Part shown: in pieces, positions 16,843 to 21,355 of the stretch | How positions within the stretch are numbered: the first letter of the stretch is position 1 | Layout of the letters: every line of letters starts with the position of its first letter | Assembly (NCBI GenBank): GCA_964607485.1 | Contig: CAZSKP010000013.1 | Span: 1 to 21,355, forward strand | Source: an uncultured bacterium | GTDB lineage: Bacteria > Abyssobacteria > SURF-5 | Length of the DNA: 21,355 nt | Direction of reading: 5' to 3' | The notes under the pieces: model-generated | Database searches by the model: none | What the model saw: the letters and a program-made list of their open reading frames with translations, nothing else | What the model was told of the DNA's origin: nothing | Position numbers and translations under genes: made by a program

Positions 16843-18056
16843 CTATCGCGCGTGGCAGGTTTCCATTCGGCGGTTATGCGTTCGGGCGCGCGGCCGAGAG
16901 AGGCCTCGACCGCTTCGAGTACCTCGTCGACGGTGATGCGGGCGAGGCAGTCGGAGTGTCCGTGGCGGCAGCGGGGTGTTTTTGCGTTGTGCACGTTGAT
17001 GCAAGGGCTGCAGGCGATGTTCTTGAAGAAGACGCGGTGCCCGCCCGTTGGGGGACCGTACAGGACGGGGGTCTCCGGACCAAAGAAGGCTATCGTCGGC
17101 GTGCCGACACCGCAGGCAAGGTGCAGCGGGCCGCTGTCGTTCGTTATGACGAGGTTTGCGAGCGACAGCAGGCCGGCAAGCTGTCGGATGGAAAGCTTCC
17201 CGGCGAGGCTGCGTGCGGCGCTCGTGCCCGCATCTCTCAGGATGCCGGCGGTGTGTTCTTCCTCGCCTCTTCCGCCGATCAGGAATACCTTTGCGCCGTA
17301 CTTGTCTTCCAAGATTCGTATGAGCCGGGCGAAGTTCTCCTTTGGCCACCTGCGCTCGAGGGCGAGTTCGCCCGCGTTTGGGTTGGCGACTATCACGGTG
17401 TCTCCCGGGCCGACACCGTTTTCCTTCAGGAATTGCCCGGCCCATGCCTCCGCGTCATGGGGCAGCCTGAGCTGCGGAAGCACACGCAGGTTGGCGGGAA
17501 CGCTTTCTCCGGTGGCAAGATTGATGAAGTTGTCGATCACGTGCCAGTAGTAGTTGAAAGGCACCCGTATGTCGTGGAGGTCTCCCCTGTATGCCTCCCA
17601 CGCGTGGAAGCCGGCCTTCACTTTTCCTCCACTCAGGAACGTGATCAGCGCCGAGAATCGCGTGAAGAACTCGAAATCCACCACAAAGTCGAATTTCTCG
17701 CGCCTCAGCCGGTAAAGTGCGGAGAGTGTGTCCAGGACGAACCTGACCATGCCGACATTCATACGGATTGTCAGTGTTTCGTCGATGCTCGGTATCATGT
17801 CGCAGACATCACGGTTGCTCTCGAAGGTGAGGAAGGCGATGCGACATGCGGGATATTTCTCCTTCAGCTTTTCCAACGCGGAAGATACCAGGACAATGCT
17901 GCCGATTCCCCAGAACTTTACGATAAGAATCTTTCGTACGTCAGCAGGGTAGGAAACATGGTGAGGCCGCTTCAGCCTGGCCAGCGGACTGAGCGCCAGA
18001 CACAGCGCCTGACCGACGGAGCTGTCGATGAACTTCATTGTCGTGACCGATAGCAT
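16839..18056 (-). CDS. Glycosyltransferase family 9 (ADP-heptose transferase-like, GT-B fold), variant active site
   Basis: KILIVK, FDFVVDF, RRWPKENF, LAGKLSIRQL, ITNDSGPLHLA, FFGPETP and CSPC...C...C are present. The N-terminal motif reads KFWGIGS rather than KxSxxGD. Confidence 0.9.
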   Translation of the reverse strand: MLSVTTMKFIDSSVGQALCLALSPLARLKRPHHVSYPADVRKILIVKFWGIGSIVLVSSALEKLKEKYPACRIAFLTFESNRDVCDMIPSIDETLTIRMNVGMVRFVLDTLSALYRLRREKFDFVVDFEFFTRFSALITFLSGGKVKAGFHAWEAYRGDLHDIRVPFNYYWHVIDNFINLATGESVPANLRVLPQLRLPHDAEAWAGQFLKENGVGPGDTVIVANPNAGELALERRWPKENFARLIRILEDKYGAKVFLIGGRGEEEHTAGILRDAGTSAARSLAGKLSIRQLAGLLSLANLVITNDSGPLHLACGVGTPTIAFFGPETPVLYGPPTGGHRVFFKNIACSPCINVHNAKTPRCRHGHSDCLARITVDEVLEAVEASLGRAPERITAEWKPATRDR

Positions 18057-18119
18057 AGGACTTAATCCGCTGGCGCCTTCGGCATGCTCGTATGCGCTCG
18101 ATTATCAACGGTGTTGTTC

Positions 18120-18149
18120 AGTCTATACCATTTGAACACTGTTTGACAA
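18120..18149 (-). promoter_or_regulatory. Internal sigma70-like promoter upstream of the GT9 gene
   Basis: AT-rich 108-nt gap. Minus strand TTGTCA-18 nt-TAGACT (or 16 nt to TGgTATAGA). Confidence 0.5.
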
Positions 18150-18164
18150 GTGTCGGAAGGCAGG

Positions 18165-19061
18165 TCAATGCTCGGCTCGGGGCCGCTTCGGCGCTGAATC
18201 GGCATCCCGACTCTTCTGTGCCACGACGAACATCTCTCCAGCGAGGAAATAAAGAGGTTTTCGCCGAATCGAGTCGGGCAAAAGCCCATGGAGCAGAGAG
18301 GCGAGCGGGGTCAGCAGCGGCACCCTGCTCACGGTGCGCTGAGCGTAGATGTAGTTCAGGCTCAAAGCCTTTACCGCTGAACGTTGCGAGATAACACTGA
18401 ACCCGGCTCGGGTCAGCAGAGGCGACAGGGAGCGCGGGGAAAAGTAGAATTGATGCTCCGTCTTCAGGTGGGGCCAGCGCCTTCCGAGAAGGCGGGCCGT
18501 GATGCTGGCAATGTTCGGGGTTGTGATCGCGAGGAGCCCGCCGGGTCTCAGGAGGTCGTTCGCGCGGGACAGCGTGGCCAAAGGGTCGGGAACATGCTCA
18601 AGGACGTCGGACATGGCTATGGCGTCGAACGACGATTGGCCGAACGCAGCGTCCTCGACCGTGCTCTCGATCACTCGATTGCCGAACTGTTTGCGCGCCT
18701 GCTCGACGGCGAACGGGTTGATTTCCACGCCGTGGGCTTCCCATCCTCGCTCTGCCGCAGCCTCCAGGAAGAAGCCGGTGGCGCATCCGACGTCGAGGAT
18801 TCTGCCGGGCGGGATAATCTTCTCGAGCGCCCTCAGCCTCAGCCCGAACGTCAGCTTCTTCATCTCGCGAACCGTCGGGTCTTCCTCGATGCCCCAGCTC
18901 TCGTAGTACGAATCCCCGTAGATTTTCCGGGAGGTCTCCTCCGAAACCTGAGGCCAGGCGAAGGCGAGCGAGCAGGCCCTGCAGCGGAACACGGTGAAAT
19001 CGTCTTTCCGATGCAGCAGCGATGCTTCCGGGGCATCGCAGAGCGGGCATTTGGGTTTCAC
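18165..19061 (-). CDS. Class I SAM-dependent methyltransferase with an N-terminal Zn ribbon
   Basis: CPLC...CRAC, ILDVGCATGFFL, GVEIN, DVLEHVPDP, LLRPGG, TTPN. GTG start. Confidence 0.92.
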   Translation of the reverse strand: MKPKCPLCDAPEASLLHRKDDFTVFRCRACSLAFAWPQVSEETSRKIYGDSYYESWGIEEDPTVREMKKLTFGLRLRALEKIIPPGRILDVGCATGFFLEAAAERGWEAHGVEINPFAVEQARKQFGNRVIESTVEDAAFGQSSFDAIAMSDVLEHVPDPLATLSRANDLLRPGGLLAITTPNIASITARLLGRRWPHLKTEHQFYFSPRSLSPLLTRAGFSVISQRSAVKALSLNYIYAQRTVSRVPLLTPLASLLHGLLPDSIRRKPLYFLAGEMFVVAQKSRDADSAPKRPRAEH

Positions 19062-19149
19062 GTTATTTCTCTCGGACCGTTTGCGTTTCCGAAATCCATA
19101 CCGTCATCGTCGAAGCAGACCCGAGGTGCTTGAGCGCTGTCCGAAGCCT

Positions 19150-20580
19150 CTATTCTCCTCGCGGTTTTCCATAGAAGAAGCTGCGAACATTGCGCAGACC
19201 AATGGATAGAAGTTCGCCCCGTGTCAGGTTTTCGCTTCCGTATAAGCTAATAGCATAACCGATCAGGAACAGAAACTCGAATAACGGGTTCGGAGGAAGA
19301 TGGATGAGTCGTTCTATGAGCGGAATCAACCGTGGAAACCTGACGCCATAATAGAAAAGCTTCTGAAGGTTTGAGACCTCATCCGATTGTTCCGAGCGGA
19401 TGATGCTTTCCTTGAAGAATGACGGAGGCGCATCCTCCGGGCTGCGCATCAGCAGGTCGTTGCGGGCGGCGAATTCACCAAGCTCAGTTCCGGGGAACGG
19501 ATGAAAGACGGCGCACCACGGGAAATCAGTCCGGATGTCAGCGTTGATGCGGAGCGTCTTGAGCGCTTGTTGCAGAGTCTCGCCGGGCAGGCCGACCATA
19601 TTGTACGTTCTGAAACGAATTCCGTGTTTTCTGAGGAGCGCGACCGTCCGGTAAATATCCTTGTCGGTCACCCCTTTCTTGAGCAGGTCATTGCGCACGC
19701 CTTCGTCGCCCGATTCGATTCCGAAGAAAATGCTCCTCACTCCCGCGCGTTTCAGGGCGGCTATGGACTCCTCATCGGCCTGGTCCGCGCGCACGAGGCA
19801 CAGCATCGGCGCTCCGACGCGTTCGCGATACAGCTCGGAGAATTCCCGCACCCACGTCTTGTTCAGTATGAACGTGTCGTCCTGCATGTATATCGTTCGC
19901 AGGTTCCAGCGCGATTTGGCCTCCACGATCTCGTCTATGACTAGGTCGGGTTTGCGAAGCCTCACAAAACGACCTTGCCCTTGATAGAGTTTTCGAAGAG
20001 CGTGGTTGAAACAAAAGCTGCACCTGAACGGGCAGCCTCTCCCGGCCATGAACGCGGCCTGCGTCTTCCGCAGGTACGGGTATTTCGCCCGGTAGATAGT
20101 CCTGTCGGGGTTCGGAATCGAGTCGAGGTCATCGATGAGGGGGCGCAGGTCATTCCGGACGATTTGCCCGTTCAGCTTGACATGACAGTTCGGCACGTCT
20201 TCGATTGGCTCTCCGGCGTCCAATTTGTCGGCGATGTCCACAATCGCCTCCTCCCCTTCGCCCCTGCATATGATGTCAACCGAGGGCTCGCGGATGAGAT
20301 CGGGAAAGAAGGTGGCGTGGGGGCCTCCGAATATGGTGCGAACGGGGCGCAGTCGTTTCAGGCGCGCGGCGAACTCGACCGCCCAATGATGAATGCCCGT
20401 CGTGCAGGAAAAGGCGACAAGGTCGGGCTCAAACTCCAGTACTTCCCGGGAAAGCTTTTCCTCGCTTCGTTCCAGCAGAAAGGCGTCGGCCTTGTGGCCT
20501 GCCCGCTTCAGAACGGCGGAAAGGTACATCACTGCCAAGTATTCATAAGCGATGTTTTGAACGAATGCTATCCGGGCCAT
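19150..20580 (-). CDS. Cobalamin (B12)-binding domain radical SAM protein
   Basis: Start reassigned to ATG 20580 (AGGAGAGG upstream). N-terminal B12 domain (YLSAVLK, PDLVAFS, GGPHATFFP, GEGE), RGCPFRCSFC (CxxxCxxC), QDDTF, GIESG, MVGLPGET. Confidence 0.93.
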   Translation of the reverse strand: MARIAFVQNIAYEYLAVMYLSAVLKRAGHKADAFLLERSEEKLSREVLEFEPDLVAFSCTTGIHHWAVEFAARLKRLRPVRTIFGGPHATFFPDLIREPSVDIICRGEGEEAIVDIADKLDAGEPIEDVPNCHVKLNGQIVRNDLRPLIDDLDSIPNPDRTIYRAKYPYLRKTQAAFMAGRGCPFRCSFCFNHALRKLYQGQGRFVRLRKPDLVIDEIVEAKSRWNLRTIYMQDDTFILNKTWVREFSELYRERVGAPMLCLVRADQADEESIAALKRAGVRSIFFGIESGDEGVRNDLLKKGVTDKDIYRTVALLRKHGIRFRTYNMVGLPGETLQQALKTLRINADIRTDFPWCAVFHPFPGTELGEFAARNDLLMRSPEDAPPSFFKESIIRSEQSDEVSNLQKLFYYGVRFPRLIPLIERLIHLPPNPLFEFLFLIGYAISLYGSENLTRGELLSIGLRNVRSFFYGKPRGE

Positions 20581-20608
20581 CAAGACCTCTCCTGATGCCG
20601 ACACATGG

Positions 20609-21355
20609 CTACCTCTCACTCCGCTTGCGTTCGATAGAGTAGAGATACACGTGGACCCCGTCGAATTTTTTGAAGACTTCTACCTTCGTCGAGGCCCTGT
20701 TTTCCAGCGCGACAACCATTGTCGCATCGGGTATTCTCTTATCAAGGTCGTACAGGATGTTGTGGCTTTGTATCAGCCATATGCGAGAACTCCGCCGCAC
20801 GGCCTCCGAGTTCTGCAGCAGGAACCGCACGGCCTCGTCGGGGCCTCGCATATAATGGTAACCCCAGAACATCCTTGCAGGGTCCATGAGCCCCTTCGGA
20901 TATCCGAGTTCCCGATGTTCGTTCTTCGAATAGCGGTCGAACGCGATGTTTATGTATCCGGGCGAGAACACTATCAGGTCGTCGGCCTGCCAGTTATCTT
21001 CGACGTATCGGGCGACTCCCCTCCAGTCCTCCCAGCTTGGATGCGCGTATGTCTGCCTCATGGCGACGACGTTCGGAAAGATAAGAACAACCAAGAGCAA
21101 AGGCTGAAAAATCTTTGACGGAATCCTCGATACGCCTGCCGCCACAAACAGATAGACGAATGGGGCAAGGAAGAGAGACCGCTGCGCGGTCGGGAAATTT
21201 GACGAAGCAAAGACATTGAGGGTCAGATTGACGAGAACCGAAAGCGCCACGTACAAACACGTGAAAAGCAACGCCTTTCTTGCTCTGCCGTTCTTCCACC
21301 AAGTCGCCAGGGAATAAACACATAACAATCCAACGAGCAAAAGGAATGAAACTAT
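20609..21355 (-). CDS. 3' part of an ArnT/PMT-like (GT39/GT83-type) GT-C membrane glycosyltransferase, 5' end outside the window
   Basis: The frame is open to the window edge. TM helices with QRSLFLAPF, then EDWRGVARYV...DDLIV and RIWLI, typical of the C-terminal soluble domain of these proteins. Confidence 0.7.
   Translation of the reverse strand: MVSFLLLVGLLCVYSLATWWKNGRARKALLFTCLYVALSVLVNLTLNVFASSNFPTAQRSLFLAPFVYLFVAAGVSRIPSKIFQPLLLVVLIFPNVVAMRQTYAHPSWEDWRGVARYVEDNWQADDLIVFSPGYINIAFDRYSKNEHRELGYPKGLMDPARMFWGYHYMRGPDEAVRFLLQNSEAVRRSSRIWLIQSHNILYDLDKRIPDATMVVALENRASTKVEVFKKFDGVHVYLYSIERKRSER

Noticed and set aside
14539-18053. Long plus-strand ORFs (359 aa, 365 aa and others)
   Set aside because: Antisense shadows of the YfhO and GT9 genes, with no motifs.
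18143-18172. Plus-strand TTGACA as an antisense promoter
   Set aside because: No plausible -10 hexamer at 16-18 nt spacing.
20581-20619. Longer start for the radical SAM gene
   Set aside because: ATG 20580 has a strong RBS and matches where the B12 domain begins.

Overview
A gene-dense bacterial chromosomal window with moderately high GC. It holds about 17 complete and 2 edge-truncated protein genes. I see no rRNA, tRNA, CRISPR array, transposase, integrase or phage gene. The left half (1-11334) is a set of short, mostly divergent units with near-consensus sigma70 promoters: an HD hydrolase / receiver-domain protein / DUF3108-like exported protein operon; a DUF4203(TMEM198)-like membrane protein / HEAT + YbjN-CesT-like chaperone fusion / eukaryote-type UDP-sugar pyrophosphorylase operon; an extended SDR; a small membrane protein plus GMC oxidoreductase; a Cys-rich 4Fe-4S protein; and a stand-alone GT-A-fold protein. 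The right half (11379-21355, all minus strand) is a cell-envelope glycosylation cluster: partial ArnT/PMT-like GT-C, B12-dependent radical SAM, Zn-ribbon SAM methyltransferase, GT9, YfhO-like GT-C, a 4-TM protein, and a large GT-C with a beta-sandwich tail. The best candidate for an undescribed system is that cluster. Its GT9 has Ser where heptosyltransferases have the catalytic Asp, and it is translationally coupled to the YfhO-like GT-C. This suggests (inference only) a lipid-phosphate-linked, possibly methylated ADP-sugar pathway feeding several GT-C enzymes. All family calls come from motif recognition by eye; no database search was run.
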